Below, one piece after another: positions 27,394-38,844 of a DNA stretch of 64,000 bases. The stretch is from an uncultured virus (IMG/VR IMGVR_UViG_3300031787_000018) (lineage: Duplodnaviria > Heunggongvirae > Uroviricota > Caudoviricetes): the IMG/VR virus record IMGVR_UViG_3300031787_000018, positions 62,001 through 126,000 of that record, one strand, 5' to 3'. Position 1 is the stretch's first letter, and each line of letters begins with the position of its first letter. The notes under the pieces are model-generated. The model searched no databases and had not been told where the DNA came from. It saw only the letters and a list, made by a program, of their open reading frames with translations. The translations under genes and the position numbers were made by a program.

Positions 27394-29872
27394 ATGAAAG
27401 GTACATTAAACTTAAAAGACACTGGGTGGTTTGTATTATATTGGGATAGAGATCCGCATTATTTCGGACCACAAGGAATGTTGAAACAGAGGGTTAAAGA
27501 AATATCTGTTCATCGAGAAAGTCTATCCAATCCATTCCTATCAACATATTGGGTTGATGGTAGAGAAGTTGAATTTGAAATCATTTATGAAAGTGATACT
27601 GATGGTTGGTTTGATGGGAAATCGGCTAAGATAATTCACGATGATTATATTGGTGAAGATGGTTGGGATAGAATTGTAAGGGAATTATCTGAACAAGATA
27701 TAAATGGTGTTTACGAAACTATGAAATGGTTAAAGGAAAATTATAACCCACCAAAAAGGAAAGAATAATATCATGGTACATTATTTAAGAAATGAAAAAA
27801 ACAATACAATAATTGAGTGTGAAACAATCAAAAAGTTGGGTGAGGATAACGACTTACATTCTAATATTGATGTGGCAGAATATTCAGACTTGTTATACTT
27901 TAACCAAAATAAGTTTTATGAAATCAAATGGGATTTTGATATTTTACATAATATAAGAAGAGAATGGTTTGAAGGGTTTCCAGAAAGTTCAATGGATGAC
28001 TTTGTAAAATACCATTATAGTAGAATTGCTAATAAATATAATCTAAACTATATGACAGATTAAAATGAAATCACAAGAAGAAATAAGGAAAATAGCTACT
28101 AAGTTTTATAGAAATAATGGTAGTGGTGGAGGACAATATACTGAAGGTTACATAGATGGTACGTTAAACGGCTTTGTTGATGGTTACACTAAATGTCAAG
28201 AAGATAAAAAATACACTGAAAGTGAGGTTATTGAGTTAATGAAAAAATCTATTGAATGGGGTGTTGAATTAGGGAATGGAACAGTTCAACCAAGCGATTA
28301 TGGTAATACAGATAATTGGATTAAAAATAACTTAAAAAAATAACATGAAATCGAAAGAACAAATAAATCAACTAGCTAAATCAGAAATAGAGAGACATAG
28401 AGCTTCTACTAGTTCTGTCGACCCTTCAAAAGATATGGAAAGGTTCAAAGGTTATGTGTTAGGTTATACTCAATGTCAAGAAAATATGAAAAAAGAAATG
28501 TATGAATTTGGTAAAAAAGTCTTAGATACGTTTCATTCTGAGGGTAAAACACATAGTGGTGAGGATAGATTGGCAAGGATAAAATATCATGAATGGTTTA
28601 ATGGATTGTAATGAAAAAACTAAGTGAAGACACTATTGTTGGTTTAATTTTTGGTATTATAGGTATAATTTATATTGTTTTATTAGTTGAATTTATATTA
28701 AAATGAAAAAGTCAGATGATGAAATACAAACTCTATCAGAAAAAGAGTTAAAACTAATAGACAATGTTGTTCATTTAACCTCAACAACTGAAGAAGAAAA
28801 CATATTCCACCAAGGGTTTTATTCTGGTTATAGAACTTGTGAAAAAGAAGATTATAAAAAAGGTTCAGAAAACTTTATAATGGGTGCTGAATGGGTTGAG
28901 GAAAAAATTAACTCTATCACAGATAGGGATATAAAAATACAGGCAGAAATAGAAAGTGTTGGTGAATACTTAAGTGGAAGTCCGTATCAAAAAACATATG
29001 AAGATGGTTTTATTAAGGGTATTGAATGGTTTAAATCATTAATTAAAAATAAGTTATGAAAGCATCAGAATTAAGAATAGGAAATTTAGTAAATTTAATG
29101 CTAAACCATGAAGATTTTGAAACAATACGTGTTGATGTAACTGATTTGATAAACATACCTAATGGAGGTGTATATGAACCTATACCTGTAACTGAAAAAT
29201 GGTTTGAAAAGTTCGGGTTCTATAGAGATGGAGAATATTGGAGTAGGGGTATTAATGATTATAAATATTGTTTTAAATATAGGGATTGGGCTGATAACTG
29301 GGCATTTTATCAAGAGTTTACTGACAGTCCTGATGATAGAGATGATGGCGTAAAATACCCAATTTCATTTGATATTAAGTATGTACATCAATTACAAAAC
29401 TTATGGTTTGCTTTATTATTTGAAGAATTAACAATAAAGGGATAAAATGAAACCAAAATTTAATGTTGGGGATAAATTGGAAGCCAACCAATTTGAAAGA
29501 GAACAATATGGAATTGAATATGTTACCATCACATCCATCAATGAGGTTGGACAGGTTTATTATTGCGAGGCAGATTGGAACAATAATAAAATATATTTGG
29601 GCCATTTTTTTGATGAGGCAAAGATTTATGAAGATGGTTATGATGTATACTGCCCCATTTGCACGGGCTGTGGTGAAGAAGGTTGTTGTAGCCCATTAAT
29701 GTGCAAACAATCACAAGACGGTCATTATTGTGAAAGTTATTTAAGGGATTTAAAATTTGGCTATAAAATGTATAATGACATTTATGATTTAATCCCAAAA
29801 GATGAAGAAACAAAGAAAAAATTGGATGAGATATTCGATAAAAATTATGAACGATATTATACCCCAAAATAA
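27394..29872 (+). CDS. Run of small hypothetical ORFs (27394-27768, 27773-28063, 28065-28343, 28345-28611, 28703-29059, 29056-29445, 29447-29872)
   Basis: Tightly packed operon; three members share G(F/Y)..GY..C(Q/E); 29056 has ELRIGNLV..YVHQLQNL. Confidence 0.7.
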
Positions 29873-29911
29873 AAACCAAAGCTTTTTATCTTATAAGAAT
29901 ATTTATAAGAT

Positions 29912-30394
29912 ATGAGAAATCTCATCAAAAAAATCATAAAAGAAGAACTTAAAAAAGATAAAACCATAACCTGCAACAATTGCGGATGGTCTTGGAAATT
30001 ATCTGAAGCAGGAAATGATCCTTTTAATTGCCACAAATGCTTATCCAACAACAATCAAGTTACAATAAAAGAAGAAACAAAAGAAAAATACCCAATTTCA
30101 ATTGGTGATGTTTTTAGGGTTAATAAGGAAAACATATTGATTATGATAGAATCAATCAAATGCAACCCCAAAAAAGCTAGGGTAATGACAAAACATACAA
30201 TATTTGGGAACCATGAAATTTTCCATGATGGTTGCGATGTTTATTATCTCAGAAGCATAGACGGTGGTGAAACATGGTATGATGATGATGAATCTAAAAC
30301 AGAACTTAATTGGATTCCGGTCATAATTTCAAACGGCCATTGGAAATTGTTACATGGTGGGTCAGAAGATATTGGAGATTTTTTCCCAGAATAG
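29912..30394 (+). CDS. Leader-bearing protein with a Zn ribbon
   Basis: MRNLIKKIIKEE; CNNCGWSW..CHKC; AATATTTAT at 29898. Confidence 0.8.
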   Translation: MRNLIKKIIKEELKKDKTITCNNCGWSWKLSEAGNDPFNCHKCLSNNNQVTIKEETKEKYPISIGDVFRVNKENILIMIESIKCNPKKARVMTKHTIFGNHEIFHDGCDVYYLRSIDGGETWYDDDESKTELNWIPVIISNGHWKLLHGGSEDIGDFFPE

Positions 30395-30432
30395 TTAATT
30401 GCCAAATAAAATAAAATTCTTATATTTGTGGT

Positions 30433-30774
30433 ATGATAATAACAATAATCATATCATCCGTTATATTAAACATTGTTTTAAGCACAATGGTTTATTCTTT
30501 AACCAAAGAAAAACCCAAAATAATTTATAAGGAAAAACCTGTGGAGAAAATAGTATATAAGGATAAAATTATATACAAGGATAAGATTGTGGAAAAAATT
30601 GTCTACAAAGACAAACCCATACACCAATTTATTCCAAAGGTGGAACCAAAAGTTAGCAAAGAAAAACAAGAACTTTTGGATGCCCTTAATGAATTAAAGA
30701 AGAAAAAGAAAAAATCCAAGAAGGACCAAGAAAACATATACACAATAGAAAAAGTTTTACCAAACCTTAAATAA
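30433..30774 (+). CDS. Membrane-anchored protein with KIVYKD repeats
   Basis: N-terminal TM segment; four K(I/V)(I/V)YK(D/E)K repeats. Confidence 0.7.
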   Translation: MIITIIISSVILNIVLSTMVYSLTKEKPKIIYKEKPVEKIVYKDKIIYKDKIVEKIVYKDKPIHQFIPKVEPKVSKEKQELLDALNELKKKKKKSKKDQENIYTIEKVLPNLK

Positions 30775-30906
30775 TTTAAACCATGACAGTAATATTATTA
30801 TTATTTATTTTCATAACCTTGGCATCAATCAATAACAAAATTAAAAGATAAAATGTAGAAAGTTTAAAATAATTTTATATCTTTGTAACATTAAGAAATA
30901 GAAATA

Positions 30907-31311
30907 ATGACAAACGAATTTATCCCATACGAAGAAGCATTAGCCCTAAAAGAATTAGGGTTTAATGATGAATGTTTTGGATTTTATGATGACCAATATA
31001 ATAAAGATAATGGTTTATATTTAAACGATAGTATAAACTTAAAAGGGAGATTTATTTATACAAAAGCACCAACATTCTCACAAACATTTAGATGGTTTAG
31101 AGATGAAAAAAGTATATCTGGAGAAGTTTACTCTGGAGATTTTGGAGGATGTATAGAATATAGCTTCCATATAAGAGATTTATATACTGAAAAAGAAATA
31201 TTTGATAACTTTTTTGGGGCTGGAGGTTCTTATAGTGGTACATTCAATACTTATGAAGAAGCAGAACTTGCTTGTCTTAAAAAATTAATTGAAATAGTTA
31301 AACCTAAATAA
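30907..31311 (+). CDS. Hypothetical phage protein
   Basis: FIPYEEALALKELGF, APTFSQTFRWFR and TYEEAELACLKKLIEIV. Confidence 0.8.
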   Translation: MTNEFIPYEEALALKELGFNDECFGFYDDQYNKDNGLYLNDSINLKGRFIYTKAPTFSQTFRWFRDEKSISGEVYSGDFGGCIEYSFHIRDLYTEKEIFDNFFGAGGSYSGTFNTYEEAELACLKKLIEIVKPK

Positions 31312-31465
31312 TATGAATAAAGAATTAAAGTTTGATGAACCTTGTTTTGGGTTTTATAATGAATTATGTAAAACCCTGAGATAATCCTCGGGTTTTTTTA
31401 TTTCTAGGGACGTAGTCCGGGTATATATTTACACTATCCACATAAATCATTAGATTTACAATAAT

Positions 31466-32753
31466 ATGGAATTAAAAGTCGGCAAAACATATATAACAAA
31501 TAACCATCCTGAAATAGATAGTGATTTGCATAATAAGAGATTTATGGTTATAAGTTCTGAGAAAATACAAGATACACAAATTTACCTATTAAAGTTTGAC
31601 CATTGTGAAAAACAACGTATGATAAATGAAGTTAATGTTAGTAAATATATCACAGAATCTATAGAACCATTAAGACATTTAAAACTACATAAGATATGAA
31701 AAAAGAAAATCATAAAAAAGATTTATCCCAACAAAAAGAAGAATTATATAAGAAGTGGGAAAATACAGGAATATTCGATAATCTAAGAGGTGGTTTAAAA
31801 GAAAATATTTCAAAGTTATATGAATGTTGTGCTTCATCAATTATTTTATCTGGGGATACAAAGAAATAATATATGGATGAATTTAAATATGACACATTTG
31901 AAGAATGGTTTGATAAAGATAAGTAAATTATGAAGGTAATAAATGTAGAATATCCAACAAACCCCAAACAATTATACGAAGGGGAGTTTGTCAAATACTC
32001 AACCCAAACAAGTAGATATCCACAATCACTTGGTGGTATATGGTATTTTATGGATGAGGTAAAAAAGAGTTGTGAAAAATTGGGTTACCCTGGCATATTC
32101 TTATACAATGTAGAAGAAATGGCAGATGTACCTATAAACGATAGACTAGAGAAATCGGTATATATTAGATGGGATTTTATTAGAACACATAACAGAAGAA
32201 ATGGTTGATGCCTATGTTAAAGAAAAATCACAAGAGTTTGAATGGTCATTTAAAACCTTTCTTATGGTTAAATTGGGATATATTGGCATGGATGATAATG
32301 GTAAATGGATTAAGGAATGAAATACTTTAAGAACAGTGAAGTAAAAAAGGCACTAAGAGAAAGAAACATACATATCATAAATAATTGGTTACACTTAAAT
32401 TTTAAATGTGGCCCACAGGCAACAGTTACATATGATAATGATTTCCCAATCACCTTACAAGGAAAATATGTTGGCGTTGAATGTAACTGTGGTAAAACAT
32501 TTTATGAAGAATGAAAATCCGTAAACATCTAAAAACCTTATGGGATGATGAAATAAAAATCATAACCAATCATGAAGAATTTATGCAGTATGGTAATGAA
32601 GTTTGTAGAAGGGGAAAGAATTTCTGGAATGACCCAAATCGAACAACAATAAGTTTCGATGAATTTGATAATATTCCTTATGACTGGGATAAAGAATATC
32701 TAAAAATAGTAAAAAGAAGGAATCACGAAACCGTATATAGAATAAAGTATTAA
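31466..32753 (+). CDS. Small hypothetical ORFs (31466-31699, 31930-32208, 32317-32514, 32511-32753)
   Basis: Co-directional small ORFs with coupled starts and stops. Confidence 0.6.
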
Positions 32754-32773
32754 TAATAGATATTTATTCTTAT

Positions 32774-33160
32774 ATGAGAAACCTAATCAGGAAAATATTA
32801 AAGGAAGAAGTTATTAAAAGTTTTCTAATGGAACTTGATTCTTTAAATATACCCAAAGAAGATTATATCATATTTGGTTCAGGCCCCATGGCAATTAAAG
32901 GATTACTTGAACCTTCAGACCTTGATGTTGTGGTAAGAGAAAATGTATATAAGGAAATGTTCGGTAATAAGGAACCAATAAGAATCGGTAATATAGAATT
33001 ATGTTATACATGGCCTGATATGGATATAGAAGAATTATTTAATAATGTAGAATGGTATGATGGTTATCCATTTGCCTCCATTAGTATGGTAAGACAATAT
33101 AAGAAACAAATGAATCGACAAAAAGACATAGAAGATTTAAAGTTATTAGACCCTGAGTAA
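32774..33160 (+). CDS. Leader-bearing minimal nucleotidyltransferase-like protein
   Basis: MRNLIRKILKEE leader; IFGS...SDLDVVV (GS..DxD) and R.KD..D. Confidence 0.65.
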   Translation: MRNLIRKILKEEVIKSFLMELDSLNIPKEDYIIFGSGPMAIKGLLEPSDLDVVVRENVYKEMFGNKEPIRIGNIELCYTWPDMDIEELFNNVEWYDGYPFASISMVRQYKKQMNRQKDIEDLKLLDPE

Positions 33161-33573
33161 TCCTCGGGGTTTTTTTATGTTATAGATGTATCGTTAGACC
33201 TGAAGTCTACTCGGACTGATGTACTGAAAACTAACACTTATTAGTACCATAATTATATTCATGTGTGGATACCCTCGATCCGGTCAATAGGCAACGCTAT
33301 TTGCCAAATGGAGTAAAAATCTCGATCTTGGTGGGGGTATGTGGTAAAAAGTGGTAAATAAGGGTAATTTATGACACGAAATGTTTTTTATGCCACGGTA
33401 AGTACTATAAGAAATCCATTGAAAAAGTTTGCCAAACCAAAAGGGAACTGACCCCTCCGCGAATTTCCTGACAAATTTTCAGGCTAGTCCTCCCCATTTT
33501 GTCATGTGACAATATGACATGTTGAGAAAAGCCAGTGTACCGTAATTGGGTTTTACAGTACACCGACATTTTG

Positions 33574-33702
33574 TCATCCTACTTGTACTTGTATTACACC
33601 CTTCTCTGATCGGGATGTAGCGTATATTAGACTTGGCGTCCAATATTCAACACCTTTAACAACATATTTGTAAAGGTAATAAGGTTCATTTATTGTTTCC
33701 AT
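33574..33702 (-). CDS. Small 42 aa protein not in the ORF track
   Basis: METINEPYYLYKYVVKGVEYWTPSLIYATSRSEKGVIQVQVG, after a TTG..TATCTTTA promoter-like element on the minus strand. Confidence 0.45.
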   Translation of the reverse strand: METINEPYYLYKYVVKGVEYWTPSLIYATSRSEKGVIQVQVG

Positions 33703-34086
33703 ATATTAAAGATAATAAGAATTTTTCTAACTATCAAGATATTTATATTATATACGTTAGGTTTTTCTACATGTTTTATTACCTATCCCGAAAAAAATGT
33801 AGGACAAGAGGTTAATAGGATTTATCCCGTCCCAAAACTATTAAGACATATATAAACAATAAATCACTTATGATTAAGGTTTATTTAAATTATTTCTCCT
33901 GGTAGAGATTAGATAACAGTTCTGAGGGACTTCTTTATGATGGTTTAAAAAAAATCGATAAATTATAAGGTTTTAAAGTTTTTTTTGATACACCTAGAGA
34001 TGGGTGTTTTGTTGTGCTCATCTGTACAGATTGTATGTATTCTTAATATTAAATTTTATTTTATTATCTGAATATTTATTATTGAT

Positions 34087-34893
34087 ATGAAAAATCTAAT
34101 TAAAAAGATATTGAAGGAAAATGATTTTAATCCAGATGATTTTAGTTGGGTTAATTTGGAATTGGAACCAATTAGAGATCGTAAACATAGATCGGAAATT
34201 ATTGAAGATACAATAGCCAAAGTTAAAGAATATAAGGGTTGGAGAATATATAAGGATAAATTTAATGGTGTGGTTTATTGGGATGGTACTGAAGGTTACA
34301 CTGGTATGGCGACACCTGAATGGGATGAGGCTTTTAAAATACCTGTTGATATAAGCTATCATAATGATTATGATAATGTAACTGTTATACATACCCCTGA
34401 ATTTAAATACGTTGTGGAGTTACAGGAATGGTATAGTAAAAATTATTTTGAGATTGTGTATAAAGTACTAACCGATTATATAAACCAAGATGAGGTACCT
34501 GGTATAATTGAAACAAAAAGTTTAATTAAAAAGATATTGAAGGAAAATGAATGGGAATGGGCAGAAGATTTGATTGGTGGTGATAGTTTATATGCCAAAG
34601 CCATGTCATTAATTCCTGAAAACCTTAATGAATATAATAGATGTCTTATTTTATTTGAGAGGGAATTAGATTGGGATGAAGCCCAAATTTTATTAAAAGT
34701 CCTTAGGGAGAAAGGTTGGAAGATAACTGAAGTTTCGGATGATAGTAGAATTAAATGTATTCTTAAATATAGTAAAACTCACGAAGGATATGTTAATTTA
34801 AAAAATCCTTTTATTTCATTTGGGGATTCTAGGTATACGTACAACAATGTTAATTCTGTTAAGTGGGAAGATGTTTTAAAAATTAAAATTTAA
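34087..34893 (+). CDS. Two-module protein with the leader present twice
   Basis: MKNLIKKILKEND at the start and KSLIKKILKENEWEWAE internally. Confidence 0.85.
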   Translation: MKNLIKKILKENDFNPDDFSWVNLELEPIRDRKHRSEIIEDTIAKVKEYKGWRIYKDKFNGVVYWDGTEGYTGMATPEWDEAFKIPVDISYHNDYDNVTVIHTPEFKYVVELQEWYSKNYFEIVYKVLTDYINQDEVPGIIETKSLIKKILKENEWEWAEDLIGGDSLYAKAMSLIPENLNEYNRCLILFERELDWDEAQILLKVLREKGWKITEVSDDSRIKCILKYSKTHEGYVNLKNPFISFGDSRYTYNNVNSVKWEDVLKIKI

Positions 34894-35236
34894 ATTTTTT
34901 ATTGCCAATTAAATTATTTTCCTTATCTTTGTGGTATATTGATATGATGTTATAATCATATCTTGCCACTAACAAATCTTCTTTAGGGGCCGTGTATACT
35001 CCAACACAATCAATTTAAAAAATTTCATTATAAGGCAGGGTCTTAGCTGTTGGCCTCTCACCATCTCTCATAGTATAAAGGTACGACTTTTATTTCAATT
35101 GGCCAAAAAAACAACATGACAATGTGTCACTTTTTTTTAAAAAAGGCAGGTGGCGTTCTGGTTGCCTCTCACATCCTCTGTCACAATGTAAAGGTACTAA
35201 TAATTTTTTAATTGGCAATGAATATTTATAAGATAT

Positions 35237-35923
35237 ATGAAAAATTTAATTAAAAAGATATTAAGGGAAAATGAATGGGAATGGGCGGAGGAAACATTGG
35301 ACCGAGCAGTTGATCCTTATAGAATGGATGTAAATGAATTAGTTTATTTTCTTAATCAATTTTTTCAACAAAATAAATCCCCAAGATTTAATAGAACATA
35401 TGTGGCAGAATATGATAGAGGTACCTTTACCATTGGTGATGAAACAGGATTATATGTTTCAATGTTAGATACGGATGAAACTTTTTATTATGCCATAAAA
35501 TCTTTAAAAAGAAGCATAATAAGTCTAACCAATAACAGAGAACTATTGGATGAATATCAGGATTTATATGATACATTAATACCTTTGATAAAAGAAGATA
35601 TAATGGAACAGGCAAACGATATGGACTGGTTTAATATCGATGATATGCCAGAACCAAAAGGAATTGCCCTAGCAAATATAATTGAAGAATATTTCAAAGA
35701 TAATAATTTACCTTATCATATTATGATAAGACAAGATAATGCCGTTATATACATCAAAGATACCAATTTTATATATTTTAGCGGATGGACCGAATTATTC
35801 ACCATGGATAATATTATTAATGATATAATGATTGATTTAGATTCCTTACAATCATCAAAAAGCATTAATAGATGGAATATCTTATACAACAATCTTAAAT
35901 CTTTATTTGATAAATTAAAATAA
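35237..35923 (+). CDS. Leader-bearing two-module protein
   Basis: MKNLIKKILRENEWEWAE; internal LIKEDIMEQANDMDWF; the two halves resemble each other. Confidence 0.8.
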   Translation: MKNLIKKILRENEWEWAEETLDRAVDPYRMDVNELVYFLNQFFQQNKSPRFNRTYVAEYDRGTFTIGDETGLYVSMLDTDETFYYAIKSLKRSIISLTNNRELLDEYQDLYDTLIPLIKEDIMEQANDMDWFNIDDMPEPKGIALANIIEEYFKDNNLPYHIMIRQDNAVIYIKDTNFIYFSGWTELFTMDNIINDIMIDLDSLQSSKSINRWNILYNNLKSLFDKLK

Positions 35924-35949
35924 TTTTCTTACATTTATTCCATATAAGA

Positions 35950-36506
35950 ATGGAAATAAAAGAAGGAGATAGATTTCTTAATTTAAACACAGGCACCATT
36001 ATTAAAATAGATTATATTGTTAATAGACCTGAATTTTATTTTATTGGCAATGATGAAGCAGGAGAAGAATTTTCAACAATAATGAGGGATGAATGGATAT
36101 GCAAGGTTAGCAATTTAACCGACCCAACCAAATCCAAAGAAATTCCTTTGGATAGTCTAAAGGGAATAATAGAAAATTCCAATCTTATACAAGCTTACAA
36201 GGAAGAACCCATTAAACCAATAAAACATATAAAACAATATAAACTATGATAATCTTAAAAACATTGGCCCCAATTCTAGGATTGATTGCCTTTATTATGG
36301 CAATTAGAGAATTCTTGGGCAAAGAAAGACCCAAGAAAAATTGGTATAGAGTTTATTTAAGCCTTGTAACTTTAATTATACTTACCACATTGGCAATACA
36401 TGATTGGTTCTCGGTAACCATTTGGTTAATTGTATTTGTAATTTGTTTTTTTAGGCTAGAAAAGGATGGTATTCACATATTCAAGAATGACAAGATGACA
36501 GAATAA
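35950..36506 (+). CDS. Two hypothetical ORFs (35950-36249; membrane protein 36246-36506)
   Basis: ATGA-coupled ORFs. Confidence 0.65.
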
Positions 36507-36529
36507 AAATTTGGAACAAGATTTGTACT

Positions 36530-36790
36530 GGATGGCCGGCCTATGGGGACCCCCTGTATAGCCCCCCGGCGGGGGTGCCCGTATCCCCCCTCCCCCTCTG
36601 GGAGGGTCTGCGGGGTAGAAAGCGGGGTTCGGTTCCCCATTCATATCCGGGACCTGGTGGCAAAATTTTCCGGGAAAAATTTAAGCCAAAAAAGCGTTCC
36701 TAAAATTCCGGGAAAAATTGTCTAGAAAAAGGACCCCACCCCCTACATAGTTAAAAACCTATTCCGGAATTTCCGGGAAAAAATTCACCC
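36530..36790. repeat. GC-rich non-coding island with TTCCGGGAAAAA repeats (origin or packaging/terminus candidate)
   Basis: G/C homopolymer tracts at 36545-36638; TTCCGGGAAAAA at 36668, 36706 and 36771. Confidence 0.6.
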
Positions 36791-36829
36791 ATATTTGTTT
36801 CTCTATATGGGAATTATTATATTTGTGTT

Positions 36830-38094
36830 ATGGAATTTAAATCAGGAGATAAAGTTATAATAACAAAACGGTATAAGGGTAATTATGCCGATGTGGGCAT
36901 GGAGGGTGAGTTTATTAAATCGGAAGAAGATTGGGATGGTGACGAAAGTTCACCAACCTATGGTACAATGATTACATTCTATCAATTAAAAATTGGTACC
37001 CAAAAAACTTGGTGTGTTGGTATTAAACCAAAAGGTGTACATGATTGGAATGGTGAGGGAATTAAATTTAGATTTGTATGATATGGAATATAAGGTGGGA
37101 GATATTCTTATCCTTAGGGAAGTTATAGATGATATAAAGTTATATAAGACAGAACTAGGTAAGGAACAAGTTATTGTGGAGATAAGAAAGAATGGTTTTC
37201 TTCATACAAGATTCCGTAATAGTTTGTTATCCCATTATCTTCATCCTGATGGTACATATGTTAAATGTTGTGAGCATAGGAGAGATTTAATTAGTAAGTG
37301 GGTACCACAATTAAAAATTATATAAAAAATGAATTTTACCAAATTAAGAAAAGGTGATATTGTAAGATGGGATCTAGACTCAATCCTATATAAAATATTG
37401 GATATTGATACCACCCAAGATAATCAAATACTTTGGGGTTGGATTGGTAGTGATTGGGATGGTGGTAGTATATATAAAACAAGGTGGCATAATTCTTATG
37501 ATAATATAAATGATTTAATATCCAAAGGTCAAATTAGTATTATTGAAAGAGGTGGCTTTTATTTAAAACCATTAAAGTTTATATAATATGAAATTAAACA
37601 TTGGGGATAAATTTGTTTGGTCGGATGAAGGGATTATTTATACCGTCATGGATATTAATACCTCAAGGGACATAGGTCAGGTTTTGGTTGAATGGTGGTC
37701 ACATGATATTTATGGCATATATGGAAAAAAGATTACGTGGGATTCCACCCTTCAAACCTTGGAAGGTTTTTTATCTGATGGCACAATATGCCTTATTTAT
37801 CAGGGCAATCTTTTGGGACCAAAAGGATCCGTTAAAAAATTAAAATTAATTTAATATATGAATAAGGTTAAAATTGTTGGATATCATAAAAAAACTTATT
37901 GGTATTCTAATTATGTTGGCCAGATTTTTGATTTTATTCGTATTGAGGAAGATGGTTCTTATATTGTTCTTGGCACATCTGTTAATCCTTATCATACTCA
38001 TGTTATTTATCATATATGGTCTGAGGATGGCAGGCTTGTATTTGATAATTCATTTGTTTTATCGCCATCTAAAATTAAATTTAAATTTATTTGA
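36830..38094 (+). CDS. Five small ORFs with a shared basic-hydrophobic C-terminus (36830-37081, 37083-37325, 37329-37586, 37588-37854, 37858-38094)
   Basis: Operon after TATATTTG; four start with a GD motif (KSGD, KVGD, RKGD, NIGD); ends IKFRFV, PQLKII, KPLKFI, KKLKLI, KIKFKFI. Confidence 0.75.
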
Positions 38095-38218
38095 ATAATT
38101 TAAAAATGTGTGGATGGGGAAAAATATCCGGATTACGTCCATTTATCCCCCCGCCCCCTTTTTTTTATTTGTTTTTTAAATTCTTTTTCTTATCTTTGTT
38201 TTATCAAATTTATGATAT

Positions 38219-38455
38219 ATGAAAACATTTGTTAAATTATTAATGGTTATTTCTTTTATTCTATCATTCATTTTTGTTGGTGATATGGTTGTGGATGCAA
38301 TTATGGGTTTATTTCCCATTTCAGCAAATGAATGGTTTCCCATTCTTAGATTTTTGGTTTGGATATTTACCTTCACCTTTAATTTGGCTTTAACAATTGT
38401 TTTATATTTTATTGTGGTTTATATTATTTCTTTGATAATAGGTTTATTGGATTAA
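38219..38455 (+). CDS. Small membrane protein
   Basis: Almost entirely hydrophobic; TATCTTTG upstream. Confidence 0.65.
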   Translation: MKTFVKLLMVISFILSFIFVGDMVVDAIMGLFPISANEWFPILRFLVWIFTFTFNLALTIVLYFIVVYIISLIIGLLD

Positions 38456-38579
38456 AATTATTATTTTTGAAGTTTTTTATGGCGGATAACCAGATGAAAG
38501 GTATATAGTGCATATCACATTTAGTGTATCAAAGAAATGGAACCGTCACCCTCCCATGTAAAAGTGGGAGGTTTTTAAT

Positions 38580-38675
38580 AGTCAGGTGGCGGAATATGGT
38601 GTTAAAATAAGGAGGAGAGGTTACCGAGCCGCAAACCATGCGGGAGCTTCACAGGTTCGATTCCTGTCCTGACTA
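38580..38675 (+). tRNA. tRNA-like RNA with intact acceptor and T arm but no recognisable anticodon arm
   Basis: AGTCAGG/CCTGACT with A73; ACAGG-TTCGATT-CCTGT; Leu-like GTGGCGGAAT start; CCGCA-AACCA-TGCGG extra arm. Confidence 0.6.
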
Positions 38676-38844
38676 CAACGGCAGGTGAGGTGTATTATCC
38701 TCTGAAATAGTTTAGACTGCACAAGTCCTTAAATGGGCAGACATATCGTGATTAGTCCACGATGACTTTCTTACTTGGAAAGAAAAGTGACGTTTATGTT
38801 ATAACTTGTACGAGAACAAGTTTTTACAAAAAAAATTAAAAATC

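Noticed and set aside
36456..36725. Pro/Gly-rich ORFs on both strands
   Set aside because: By-products of the GC-rich island; composition is unlike every other gene here
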